From: Candidatus Hodarchaeota archaeon
Lineage (GTDB): Archaea; Asgardarchaeota; Heimdallarchaeia; Hodarchaeales; Hodarchaeaceae
DNA: 64,000 bases
Direction: 5' to 3'
NCBI GenBank assembly: GCA_016839815.1
Contig: JAEOTM010000143.1
Location: forward strand, 1-64,000
The notes under the pieces: generated by a model
What the model was told of the DNA's origin: nothing
The model's database searches: none
Seen by the model: the letters and a program-made list of their open reading frames with translations, nothing else
Shown: positions 28,201-38,053 of the stretch, piece by piece
Layout of the letters: every line of letters starts with the position of its first letter
How positions within the stretch are numbered: position 1 is the first letter of the stretch
Made by a program: the position numbers and the translations under genes

Positions 28201-29640
28201 GTGAAAATTCTTCTTGTTGTACCCCCATCAATTCAGGAGAAAACAATTTCAAAATATCAACTTGCTTTCCTTAACTTTACTGCACCACCACTTGGATTAG
28301 GGTACATTGCTGCGGTTTTAGAAGAACAGGGTTATTCTAATATTAAGATCCTTGATTCACAGGTATATAACTTAACCCCAGATGACTATCGCAGGTATCT
28401 AAAGCGTTATCACCCTGATTTCGTAGGTATCCAGACACTTACACCAAATTTTATGGATGCTTTAAACGCAGCGCGGATAGCAAAAGAAGAAAATGTACCA
28501 ATTGTTGCTCTTGGAGGTTATCATCCGACCGCAATGCCTGATGAAAGTCTTTTACTTGGGAAAGAAAAAGTAGACCTGATCTTTCGGGGTGAGGCTGAAT
28601 ACTCTATGTTAGAATTCCTTCAAAAGTACGAACATGGTAATGATTGGTCAAATATTAAAGGAATATCCTTTTTGACTGATACACCTCAACATAATCCACC
28701 TGCACCCCTAATTAAAGACTTAGATTCCTTACCATTACCTGCACGGCATTTACTTCCCATGGATAAATATAAAATCTTTGGATCGGCCTTCCCAGCTACT
28801 TCAATTATCACAAGCCGAGGGTGCCCATATTCATGTGATTTTTGTAGCGTATCAGCTTTTTATGGAGCTAAATGGCGTCCAAGATCTCCAGAGAAAATCG
28901 CGGAAGAAGTACGATTCTTAAGAGAACAAATGGATATTAAGGCGACAGCATTTGTTGATGACCTGTTTTTCATCTCAAACAAACGAGTAAAAAAACTCTC
29001 ACTTGCTCTTTCACAAATTGACGATATTTACTGGGGAGCTACAACTCGTGCTGATAGGGGAGATCTTGAATTATTGACTCTAATGCGAAGAGCTGGTTGT
29101 CGATTAGTTTTTGTAGGAGTAGAATCTGGAAATCAAGCAATCCTTGATCAAATTCACAAAAAAACCACATTAAACCAGATAGAACAATATTTTGATAATA
29201 TTAAGAAATCTCGGATGGATTCTCTTGCATCTGTCTCGTTTGGATTCCCAGGGGAGACAAAAGAGACCATATCTTCAACTGTGGATTGGATTATTGATAG
29301 ACTTGATCCTTCACTAGCACTATTCACGCTAGCTACCCCTTATCCTGGAACTGAATTTTATGAGAAGATGCTTGCAGAAGGAAGGATAAAGGAACAAGAT
29401 TATTCTAAATATAATCTCTTCTATCCAATCACAGAATTATCTGGTTTAACAAGAGATGAGATGAAAACACTAACAAAAAACGCCTACAAACGATTTTATA
29501 TGCGTCCACGGAAAATATTGCAAAATACAGTCCGTGAATTAAGATATTCCATGGAAAGTTACGGATTTAGTCAATTTCTTTACAATAGTCAGGTCTTTGC
29601 AAAAGGTATTATCAATATGAAAATACTAACATCCATGTAA
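28201..29640 (+). CDS. B12-binding (class B-like) radical SAM protein
   Basis: N-terminal PPLGLGYIAAVL / GGYHPT cobalamin-binding domain; SRGCPYSCDFC; GVESG; TPYPGT. Confidence 0.9.
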   Translation: MKILLVVPPSIQEKTISKYQLAFLNFTAPPLGLGYIAAVLEEQGYSNIKILDSQVYNLTPDDYRRYLKRYHPDFVGIQTLTPNFMDALNAARIAKEENVPIVALGGYHPTAMPDESLLLGKEKVDLIFRGEAEYSMLEFLQKYEHGNDWSNIKGISFLTDTPQHNPPAPLIKDLDSLPLPARHLLPMDKYKIFGSAFPATSIITSRGCPYSCDFCSVSAFYGAKWRPRSPEKIAEEVRFLREQMDIKATAFVDDLFFISNKRVKKLSLALSQIDDIYWGATTRADRGDLELLTLMRRAGCRLVFVGVESGNQAILDQIHKKTTLNQIEQYFDNIKKSRMDSLASVSFGFPGETKETISSTVDWIIDRLDPSLALFTLATPYPGTEFYEKMLAEGRIKEQDYSKYNLFYPITELSGLTRDEMKTLTKNAYKRFYMRPRKILQNTVRELRYSMESYGFSQFLYNSQVFAKGIINMKILTSM

Positions 29641-29645
29641 AGATC

Positions 29646-29891
29646 TCAAAGATAGTTTTTCCCTTCTGCAGTTATTGCATAGGATATAGGCTTTGTGTTC
29701 AGTTTTTTAATGAAACCTTCATCTTCTAAGTGTTGAACAGAAAGGTTAAACGCAGAATCTTCCACATTAATTCCCATACTCTTGTTCATTTCCTGAAGCA
29801 ATCCCTTAACTAGTAATATGGGGATATCCCTTTGCTCTGCAATTATTTCCAATATTGTAATTGATAGATTTGATAGTTCTCTTTCAGTCAC
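29646..29891 (-). CDS. Small winged-helix protein
   Basis: 81 aa; LEDEGFIKK...YAITAEGK wing motif. Confidence 0.6.
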   Translation of the reverse strand: MTERELSNLSITILEIIAEQRDIPILLVKGLLQEMNKSMGINVEDSAFNLSVQHLEDEGFIKKLNTKPISYAITAEGKNYL

Positions 29892-30063
29892 TTAGATTCA
29901 TCCTTGTTTTGGGGAGGTAGGTCACTTCCAAGTTAACAAATTAAGACATTTGTTCCGCATTTACACAGCTTGTTTGCTTAATATAAAAAACAATAAAAGG
30001 TTATAAGGAAATATTCATACGAGCTTCCAAGAACTTCAAGCTGCAAAACAGAGGTGATTTTGG

Positions 30064-30651
30064 TTGAAGGACATAAAAAGTTTAATTATCAAAGCAAAAG
30101 CCTTAAAGCAAGATAAACAGGTTTCAGAAGCAATAGGTATTCTTAACCAAGCCCACGAGATTGGAATTGCAAATAATGAAGTTGAAAATCTTGTGGATAT
30201 TCATAATCAGTTAATGTTACTCCATTATCAGAATAATGATTCTGAATCCTTTCAAAAATCCTTCAAATTTGCACGGACTTTAGCAGCTAGAATTAATTAT
30301 AATAAAGGTCTTGTAGAAAGCTATATGAATAAAGCATGGATCGAAACCGATAATAAAAACTTTATTGAAGCCATAACACATGCATCTCAAGCTTTAGCGA
30401 TTGATGAAATCTTAGAAAGTGCAACTGCCTTTACAACAGCCTTGTATATCATTTCTGAAGCCAATTATAGTGTAGGAGACAATGTGAAGGGGGATAAATA
30501 CAAACAGCTTTACCAACAAAAATTAATGAAGTTAACCGAGAGCGAGGAACAGGTACTCAAAAGCATCGAAGGCTTATCTGTTGGTATGACCAAGGAAGAA
30601 GATTTGGACTCACGCGTTAAACAGGCTTTACAAGAATTAGATTCCTTTTAA
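30064..30651 (+). CDS. TPR-like helical repeat protein
   Basis: Repeated A..A..I helical pairs (EAIGILNQAHEI, EAITHASQALAI); SD GAGGTGA before TTG. Confidence 0.6.
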   Translation: MKDIKSLIIKAKALKQDKQVSEAIGILNQAHEIGIANNEVENLVDIHNQLMLLHYQNNDSESFQKSFKFARTLAARINYNKGLVESYMNKAWIETDNKNFIEAITHASQALAIDEILESATAFTTALYIISEANYSVGDNVKGDKYKQLYQQKLMKLTESEEQVLKSIEGLSVGMTKEEDLDSRVKQALQELDSF

Positions 30652-30731
30652 TTTCTCCTGCAAGTTGATCTTCTGCATGGAGCAATGCTCAGATCTGTTA
30701 TCATGCAGTGTAGTACCTATGAGGTACCTCC

Positions 30732-31913
30732 GTGGATTCTAGTTACTCTATTGTACCAAAAAGTGAAATCGAACACAGACTTGCACGAGTAAAAGAAGTT
30801 CTATCCACACTCGATTTATCTGGACTTCTTTTATTCTCGAATGTCGAAATGTTTTACTATTCAGGAATAGGGCTGGAGGGTGCAGTATATATTCCTCAAG
30901 ATGGAGAACCAATCCATTTAGTAAAACGAAATAAAAAATTAGCAAAAGAATATTCTTCAATTCCTAACATTATACATTTAGATCGTTTATCTCAGATCTA
31001 TAGTATTCTAAATATCAGTACTGAAGCTAAACTTGGAGTCGAGCTGGATTTTCTTCCTTTTTCATATGTTAAATACCTTGAATCCCTAAAGGAAGGTATA
31101 ATCCTAGAGAATTTTAGTTCCCGATTGCGATTACTACGAGCATTAAAATCTCAGTTCGAAATATCTCAAATAGAAAAAGCCGCAAACGTGGTTGATCGAT
31201 CATTTGAACACTGTGCTGAAATAGCAGCACCTGAAATGACAGAAATCGAATTAGCAGCAAAATTGGATAAATGGTTACTTGATAATGGACATCATGGATA
31301 TATCACTACACATGCGTTCAACTCAGCATTATTAAATTTCTCCTATGTGATTTCTAAATCATCTTCAACCCTCAATATTCATTTTACACCAATATCGGGT
31401 TGGGGGTTATCATTAAAGTATCCGTACGGACCATCAAAGAAAAAAATTGGTACATCTCCATTCTTTGTTGATACGTGTGGGAATCATAATGGATATATTT
31501 CTGACACAACCCGAACTTTTTCTCTTGGACGACTTGATACTGAAACAAAAAATCAAATTGACGCTTTACAACAAATAAAACACTATTTAAAGAAAAATCT
31601 ACGCCCAAGCGTAAGCTTAGGAGAAGTTTATGCTAATGTAATGAGTTTGGCTAAAGAATTGGGGATTAGTAACAATTTTATGGGAGAAAACGGGGATAAA
31701 GTGAAATTTCTTGGTCATGGAGTCGGTTTAGAGCTAGATGAACTACCTATACTGTATGCAAAAGGAAACCAAGCGGAAAAAGGTAATGTTCTCGCTTGTG
31801 AACCGAAATTTATTGAGAAAGGACAAAAAGTCTTGGGGATTGAAGATACATACGCAATCACTAAATCTGGAGTTAAATTATTGTCACACTCTCCGGATTA
31901 TTTTCAAATATAG
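30732..31913 (+). CDS. Xaa-Pro aminopeptidase/prolidase (M24)
   Basis: Creatinase-like N-domain; metal ligands in D..GYISD, GHGVG, EPK, GIED. Confidence 0.88.
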   Translation: MDSSYSIVPKSEIEHRLARVKEVLSTLDLSGLLLFSNVEMFYYSGIGLEGAVYIPQDGEPIHLVKRNKKLAKEYSSIPNIIHLDRLSQIYSILNISTEAKLGVELDFLPFSYVKYLESLKEGIILENFSSRLRLLRALKSQFEISQIEKAANVVDRSFEHCAEIAAPEMTEIELAAKLDKWLLDNGHHGYITTHAFNSALLNFSYVISKSSSTLNIHFTPISGWGLSLKYPYGPSKKKIGTSPFFVDTCGNHNGYISDTTRTFSLGRLDTETKNQIDALQQIKHYLKKNLRPSVSLGEVYANVMSLAKELGISNNFMGENGDKVKFLGHGVGLELDELPILYAKGNQAEKGNVLACEPKFIEKGQKVLGIEDTYAITKSGVKLLSHSPDYFQI

Positions 31914-31924
31914 AGGTTTAACAA

Positions 31925-33202
31925 ATGGAAGACACCCAAAACTCGCTCAAATCAATTTTTTTTGATCTGTACTTGAATCCTAACTTATTAATGATCGCTT
32001 TTTACCAAATAATAGCTACTGGAGCTTTCACTGCGCAACAACTATTATTAGCAGCATACTTGGACGACCTTGGATATTTAGAAACTCATAGTCTAGAGAG
32101 TGGATTGGTTCTCGCAGTGTACTTTGTGTTTTGGTTCATCTTAGGGCCAATCAGTGGGTCTCTTAGTGATCTTCATGGAAGGAAATTTCTAATAATTTCT
32201 GCAAATATTGTCAGTGGTTTGGGATTTATTGGCCTCGTACTATTTCAAGACTTATTGTTCCTTTTCATGGTAAATGGGATCTTGGGAATAGGAGCTGCCT
32301 TACGTATCGGCTCAGTTATGGCCTTATGGGTTCAACACAGTCCAAAAGATCGTATAGGAGAATCAATGGCTTATATTAATATTATTTTAGGAGTAGGAGG
32401 AATAGGAACAACAATTATTGGCTTTCTCCTCTGGACAGAGGTGAAAGAAGCCTCATTTATAGTATTTGGGCCTTTATTGCTCATTGCAGCGGTGTTAATC
32501 TTTCCTATTTCTGATGAGGGTGAATACATCCCATTTTCATTTATAGGCACAATTGATATGGTAAGAACAATGGTTAACTCAAAAAAGGCCGATAATTTTT
32601 TTCTCTCTCCCCCAATACTTAAACTTGGGATCCATTGGTTAGCTATATCAGCAATCGTTTCTTTTGGCACATTTTTAATTCCTATACTTGACAGAATATT
32701 AGAGGAATTACCCTCAGATGTTGAGATTCCAGTAGTTCCAATATTAATTATTGGTATGGCTGTCATAATTGCAACATTTACCGGATTACTTTTTTGGGGA
32801 AGAATTTCTGACAAGTGGGCAAGACGACCAGTTTTAGTAATTGGTTTTGGGAGTACAGCCATATTAGTGGCTCTAATCTATTTAATATTCCAATTCGATC
32901 AAATTCCGGTTATATTAGATGGTCTTAATTCTGTAGATATTATTGTAGTCAGTTTTGTAGCTGTCTTGATAGTGTTACTCTTTTCAATGACTTCTCTCAT
33001 TCCTGCTCCTATGGCTTGGATTGTGGACATTATGGGAAAAGAAAATATGGGGAAAGCCATGTCATTGCGTCAAGCACTAATTGCTATTGGAACCATAATT
33101 GGAACTTCGATAGGAGGATTTGTCATCGGATCATATGCGATTCCAGGACTAATTCTGGTAATATTACTCTTCTTATTGATCTCTGCAGTAATAATCGTGT
33201 AA
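31925..33202 (+). CDS. MFS transporter
   Basis: Motif A GSLSDLHGRK and GRISDKWARR; about 12 TM. Confidence 0.88.
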   Translation: MEDTQNSLKSIFFDLYLNPNLLMIAFYQIIATGAFTAQQLLLAAYLDDLGYLETHSLESGLVLAVYFVFWFILGPISGSLSDLHGRKFLIISANIVSGLGFIGLVLFQDLLFLFMVNGILGIGAALRIGSVMALWVQHSPKDRIGESMAYINIILGVGGIGTTIIGFLLWTEVKEASFIVFGPLLLIAAVLIFPISDEGEYIPFSFIGTIDMVRTMVNSKKADNFFLSPPILKLGIHWLAISAIVSFGTFLIPILDRILEELPSDVEIPVVPILIIGMAVIIATFTGLLFWGRISDKWARRPVLVIGFGSTAILVALIYLIFQFDQIPVILDGLNSVDIIVVSFVAVLIVLLFSMTSLIPAPMAWIVDIMGKENMGKAMSLRQALIAIGTIIGTSIGGFVIGSYAIPGLILVILLFLLISAVIIV

Positions 33203-33268
33203 AATACAGTCAAAAAAAAAAGTATCTAATCAAAAATCATTAATATTGATCCTTAATCCAATTTTTTT

Positions 33269-34654
33269 ATGGGACAATGGTTTGGAAGTTCAGGTGTTCG
33301 GGGTACCTTTGCTCAAATATCACCCGCATTTGGATTTAAATTAGGAACTGCAGTCGGAGAAACTTTTAAGCTAGATAAACCTGTGTATATTGCCTCTGAT
33401 ATTCGTGCTACAGGTGATCTTCTCAAATTTTGTTTTATGAGCGGATTTTCTAGTGTTTCTGGTAATATTATTGACATTGGATTGAATCCCACCCCTGTAC
33501 TATCCTATATCTCGGATATCAAAAACACTTTAGGTATAATGATAACAGCTTCTCATAACCCCCCAGGAAACAACGGTTTTAAACTTTTTTGGAAAGGAGG
33601 GGAATGTAACGAATCCATTGAGGCACAAATCGAGGAAAAAATACGATCTTCTGTTATTCCGGAAACCTATTACTCGCCAAACCAATCAGAATGGGATTCG
33701 GTTGGTACTGGATCATTTGTTCTTCCAAAACCTATTGTTGACGACTATATTTCTCTATTAATAAAAAAACTCACTATAAAGAATACTGATATCAAATTAG
33801 TCATTGATTGTGCTAATAATACTCCGAATCTTGTAACTCCTTTCACACTAAAGAGATTGGGGTTTAGAAATGTAATAGCGATCAATGAAACTTTGGACCC
33901 TACTTTTCCTGGAAGACCAAGTGAACCAACAGCTGAGAATTTACAGGACCTAATTTCCAGAGTTGTGGGTGAAAACGCAGATCTAGGAATTGCTCATGAT
34001 GGCGATGGGGATCGATTCGCAATAATAGACGAAAAGGGTAATTTAATCAGAGCTACAACCCTCATTAATTTTTTTCTGGATCATCTGAATTATCCAAAGG
34101 CTAAAAACGGAATTGTTTATCTCACAAGTGATTGTACCAGTGAAGCTGCAAGTATCGCTGAAAATCATGGAGCAGTTGTAAAAGCCAGCCGTATTGGTAG
34201 AAATAGAGAACACGTGAATGAGGCTAGAGTAATCTTTCTTGCTGAACCGAATAAACTTGTATTTCCTGAATTAGGAAAATGGATAGACGGTTTATATCCA
34301 GCATTAAAACTTCTCGAAATAGTAGGCACAGATAAATTGTCTACTGTCCTGAGCAGATATGAAAAAAGAAAGACCTTAAGAAAAGCATTCAAATACAGTC
34401 AAAACGACAAAAGACAAATTCATGATTATATTCAGAATTTACCCTCATTGTGGTCGAAGCAAATTGAGAAGGTAATCAAGGTAGATGGTATGAAACTCTA
34501 CCTAAAAGATAAATCAAGTATACTCATTAGGTTTTCAGGGACTGAACCCAAAGTAAAATTCTACATAGAATCTAATACTCACCCACGGAATGCAGAAATA
34601 TTAACTCAATTAAAGTCGGAACTTCACCTCGAAGGCCAAGGATTAGACTGTTAA
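33269..34654 (+). CDS. Alpha-D-phosphohexomutase family enzyme, probably archaeal phosphopentomutase
   Basis: TASHNP, DGDGDR, RFSGTEP. The sugar-binding loop is AEPNKLVFP..GKWID instead of GEESG, like Thermococcales phosphopentomutase. Next to a nucleoside phosphorylase. Confidence 0.78.
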   Translation: MGQWFGSSGVRGTFAQISPAFGFKLGTAVGETFKLDKPVYIASDIRATGDLLKFCFMSGFSSVSGNIIDIGLNPTPVLSYISDIKNTLGIMITASHNPPGNNGFKLFWKGGECNESIEAQIEEKIRSSVIPETYYSPNQSEWDSVGTGSFVLPKPIVDDYISLLIKKLTIKNTDIKLVIDCANNTPNLVTPFTLKRLGFRNVIAINETLDPTFPGRPSEPTAENLQDLISRVVGENADLGIAHDGDGDRFAIIDEKGNLIRATTLINFFLDHLNYPKAKNGIVYLTSDCTSEAASIAENHGAVVKASRIGRNREHVNEARVIFLAEPNKLVFPELGKWIDGLYPALKLLEIVGTDKLSTVLSRYEKRKTLRKAFKYSQNDKRQIHDYIQNLPSLWSKQIEKVIKVDGMKLYLKDKSSILIRFSGTEPKVKFYIESNTHPRNAEILTQLKSELHLEGQGLDC

Positions 34655-34682
34655 TGTTTCTATTATACATAATTGAAGTGAA

Positions 34683-35558
34683 GTGATCATATTGAATGCT
34701 AAAAAAACTGGGAATATCAAAGGAGCAGATGTTGTTTCAGATAAAGTGGGAAGACAATATCATATAGGACTGACTAAAGGTGAACTAGCTGAAAATATAA
34801 TTCTAGTAGGAGATCCAGCAAGGCCGAACCTAGTAAAACATCTGTTTTCTGAAATTTATTTCGAAACACAAGTCAGAGAATTTCGTACAATTACTGGAAG
34901 AATCGAAGATACAGATATTTCTATAATGAGCACTGGGATCGGACCAAGTAATATTGAGATTTCTATGGTTGAAATCATGCAAATATGTAAATCTCCTACC
35001 ATTATTCGAGCAGGAAGTTGCGGAGGGTTACAACTCTACATAAATATTGGTGATCTGGTGATATCCACTGGTTCAGTTCGTTTTGAAGATACCAGTTTGT
35101 ATTTTATTCCCGAGGGTTATCCCGCTGTTGCAGATTGGGAGGTTATTTTAGCTCTAAGTGAAGCCGCAAGGAAGGAGAACTATACTTATCATATTGGCCT
35201 TTCAGCCTCAGGATCAGGATTTTACGGGGCCCAAGGGAGGGATATTCCAAGATTACCTGTGAAGAATCCAAACGCTATAAATTATCTAACGCAAGTAAAA
35301 GTATTAAATTTTGAAATGGAAGCTTCTACACTTTTTAATTTAGCCCAAATTTTCGGTTTTCGATCTGGTATGGTCTGCTCCGTGTTTGCGAATCGGATTA
35401 CAAGTGAATTTATTACAAATGAATCTAAACATGATGCCGAAATCAACTGTGTAAAGACTGCGATTAGTGGATTAAAAGTCCTTGAACAGATGGATAAAGT
35501 CAAAAAACATCAGAAGGTGAATTACTGGTCACCAGCAATGAAAATTTCAAACCCCTAG
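34683..35558 (+). CDS. udp: Uridine/nucleoside phosphorylase
   Basis: YHIGL, VGDPAR, REFRT, STGIGPSN, FYGAQGR, NFEMEAS. Confidence 0.85.
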   Translation: MIILNAKKTGNIKGADVVSDKVGRQYHIGLTKGELAENIILVGDPARPNLVKHLFSEIYFETQVREFRTITGRIEDTDISIMSTGIGPSNIEISMVEIMQICKSPTIIRAGSCGGLQLYINIGDLVISTGSVRFEDTSLYFIPEGYPAVADWEVILALSEAARKENYTYHIGLSASGSGFYGAQGRDIPRLPVKNPNAINYLTQVKVLNFEMEASTLFNLAQIFGFRSGMVCSVFANRITSEFITNESKHDAEINCVKTAISGLKVLEQMDKVKKHQKVNYWSPAMKISNP

Positions 35559-35577
35559 TCAATAAAGGTAATATCAA

Positions 35578-36537
35578 ATGAGTTTACAACGTGTTTTCTG
35601 TTTAGGTCATATTTCGGTTGATGTTTTCATCCATAGAAAAGATTTAAAAGCTCTTAAAATCGGAGGGTGTATTTCATCACCGAATTTGTCCATGCAAGGT
35701 GGTGGGGTCGCAGCCAATGTATCTTATTGGCTTGGGACTCTTGGTACCAATGTTTCAATGATAGGAGTAATTGCAGATGATCCTGCTGGCTTCTTTTTGA
35801 AAAAGGATCTTGAAAGAGTTAATGTAAAATGTTACCTGAAAACTTCAACTAAGAATCCATCTGCAAGTATTCTAATAGTTGTTGAAGATGGAGGGGAACG
35901 ATCTTTCATAATCAACGGGGATTGTTTAGACGAGTTAACAATGAACGACATTCCCTTAAGAGAGATTCAGGGAGGAAATCTATTGTACACCTCTGCATAC
36001 AATATAGAAAATTCTCCCATTGATCAAACAATTTCTGAATTAGTAGAAAAATCTAAAACATCGAATCCTTTGTCTTTCGAGGTAATTTTTAATTTAGCAG
36101 CCTATACAACGGTAGAGAATTATAGAGAAAAAATCAGATCAAAAATTCTACCTTATATTGACATTCTACTTGGAAATCTTGAAGAGTATGAAATACTCTT
36201 AATGAAATCTAACAAGAGAGAATCACCCCTTCGATTATTATCGGAGCTCATAGAAGATTTTCCAAACATTAAGATTGCATTACTTACTGATGGTGAGAAA
36301 GGATGCTACTATAAATCAAAAGAAGACGATGGACACATTCTAGCACCGAAAATCTCTGTAGTCGATACTACAGGAGCTGGAGATGGATTTGCTGCAGGTT
36401 TCATTAGTGGATATGTAAAGGGCTTTCCTCTAACCCAATCAATAAAGAATGGCATTGAACTAGGGTCGTATATATGCCGAGGATTTGGTGCAAGACACGA
36501 TTCAACCAATTTTCATAGATTTTTAAAGAAAAAATGA
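35578..36537 (+). CDS. PfkB-family carbohydrate/nucleoside kinase
   Basis: GGVAANV, GERSF, VVDTTGAGDGF. Confidence 0.9.
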   Translation: MSLQRVFCLGHISVDVFIHRKDLKALKIGGCISSPNLSMQGGGVAANVSYWLGTLGTNVSMIGVIADDPAGFFLKKDLERVNVKCYLKTSTKNPSASILIVVEDGGERSFIINGDCLDELTMNDIPLREIQGGNLLYTSAYNIENSPIDQTISELVEKSKTSNPLSFEVIFNLAAYTTVENYREKIRSKILPYIDILLGNLEEYEILLMKSNKRESPLRLLSELIEDFPNIKIALLTDGEKGCYYKSKEDDGHILAPKISVVDTTGAGDGFAAGFISGYVKGFPLTQSIKNGIELGSYICRGFGARHDSTNFHRFLKKK

Positions 36538-36884
36538 TTATATTTGACGAAAATATTTCTGGCTTCTGTTATTTCCATAAAAGTGTGGGATTTTAGAATA
36601 AATCAATCGAATAACAAAATCTCATGATTCTCTCTGCGAATACGGATTTTTCATTAGAGAATTGACAGTTTATCTTGATATGGTAACTGTGAAATTTTAA
36701 TTGTAACGATTTATGAAAGTAAAATATAATCCGAAATACTTATAGACGTTGCGAAATTCGAAATTATCAGATTTTTACCCCCGTTTACCTTGGTAAAAAT
36801 TCAATCTATTGTATCTATCATAACTATTTCTTCTAGGAAATAGGATGATACAATCTAGTATAAAAAATTAATAGAGGTATTTAG

Positions 36885-37925
36885 TTGAATAAATATAGAA
36901 ATTTAGTCTTAGTATGTGTACTCTTAGCCTCCATCCTCGCTTTCTCTGGATGTACCGAAGAAGCTGGAGTGAACAAAATTGGTATTATTTTCGCTACTGG
37001 CGGACTTGGAGATAAATCATTCAATGATGCTGGATATCGAGGTTATGAACAGGCAAATGAGACATATGGGGACGAAATCGATGTGGATTATGTCGAACCT
37101 GACGATATTCCTGAATTTGCTACCTATCAGAATCAGATGGCAACTGATGGAACATACGATCTCATTATTTGTATTGGATTCCTTCAAGCTACAGCGTTAA
37201 ACGAATCAGCTGAAGATTTTCCTGAACAGAACTGGGTTATAATTGACGACGATACTATTAATCGAACTAATGTTAAGTCAATAACCTTTAAAGAACATGA
37301 AGGAAGCTTTTTAGTCGGCGCAATGGCTGCAATGACAACTCAATCGGGTAAGCTTGGTTTCCTTGGTGGAATGAATATCTACCTAATAAATAAATTCCTT
37401 GCAGGCTATCAACAAGGAGCCGACTATATTGATGACTCCATTAATGTAACTGAGACATACATGCCAGTACCACCCCCAGCATGCTGGTTTGATGCTCCAA
37501 CCGCAAAGAATGTTGGAGAAAACCTTTATAGTCAGGGCATAGATATAATATACGCTGCCGCTGGTGGAGCAGGCCAAGGTATTTTCCAAGCAGCTAATGA
37601 AACTACTGGTGTCTATGGTATTGGTGTAGATAGTGATCAAGATGGAGACATGCCTGGAAAAGTTCTCTGTTCAATGTTGAAATTAGTGGAAACTGCGGTA
37701 TTCAATTCTATTCGGGATGTAGTTGAAGATACATGGACTGCTGATCCTGTTTCTTTGGGACTAGCAGAGGAAGGTGTTGGAATTTCCCCAATGACCTATA
37801 CTGATGCGATAAAGACTGGTAACTTCGAATTTGGTGGAGTTACAAAAACACGCTGGGAATGGATTCAAGATATTAAAGGAAAAATAGTTGATGGTACTAT
37901 CGTTGTAAGCGATACGCCTAGCTAA
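36885..37925 (+). CDS. BMP-family nucleoside-binding lipoprotein
   Basis: Lipobox LAFSGC; GGLGDKSFND, EHEGSFLVG, AAGGAG, IGVDSDQ. Confidence 0.92.
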   Translation: MNKYRNLVLVCVLLASILAFSGCTEEAGVNKIGIIFATGGLGDKSFNDAGYRGYEQANETYGDEIDVDYVEPDDIPEFATYQNQMATDGTYDLIICIGFLQATALNESAEDFPEQNWVIIDDDTINRTNVKSITFKEHEGSFLVGAMAAMTTQSGKLGFLGGMNIYLINKFLAGYQQGADYIDDSINVTETYMPVPPPACWFDAPTAKNVGENLYSQGIDIIYAAAGGAGQGIFQAANETTGVYGIGVDSDQDGDMPGKVLCSMLKLVETAVFNSIRDVVEDTWTADPVSLGLAEEGVGISPMTYTDAIKTGNFEFGGVTKTRWEWIQDIKGKIVDGTIVVSDTPS

Positions 37926-37939
37926 GTTCCCTTCAATAA

Positions 37940-37970
37940 ATCCCCCTCTTTTTTTTATCCACTTTTTTTG
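37940..37970 (+). terminator. Oligo-T terminator after the BMP gene
   Basis: Two T-runs of 7-8 nt in a pyrimidine tract just after the stop codon. Confidence 0.45.
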
Positions 37971-38053
37971 ATGATGTCTCCCAAAAGTATATTATAAATT
38001 TGTCTTTGTTAATGATTATTTCAATTCTTGATTGATTATAAGTTAGAGTTAAT

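Noticed and set aside
32371-32862. 163-aa antisense ORF and the many other 60-145 aa ORFs inside longer genes (e.g. 5517-5951, 9044-9382, 13455-13757, 24448-25062, 45225-45542, 49115-49402)
   Set aside because: They lie antisense or out of frame within well-supported genes and carry no motifs, which is typical of shadows of hydrophobic coding sequence.
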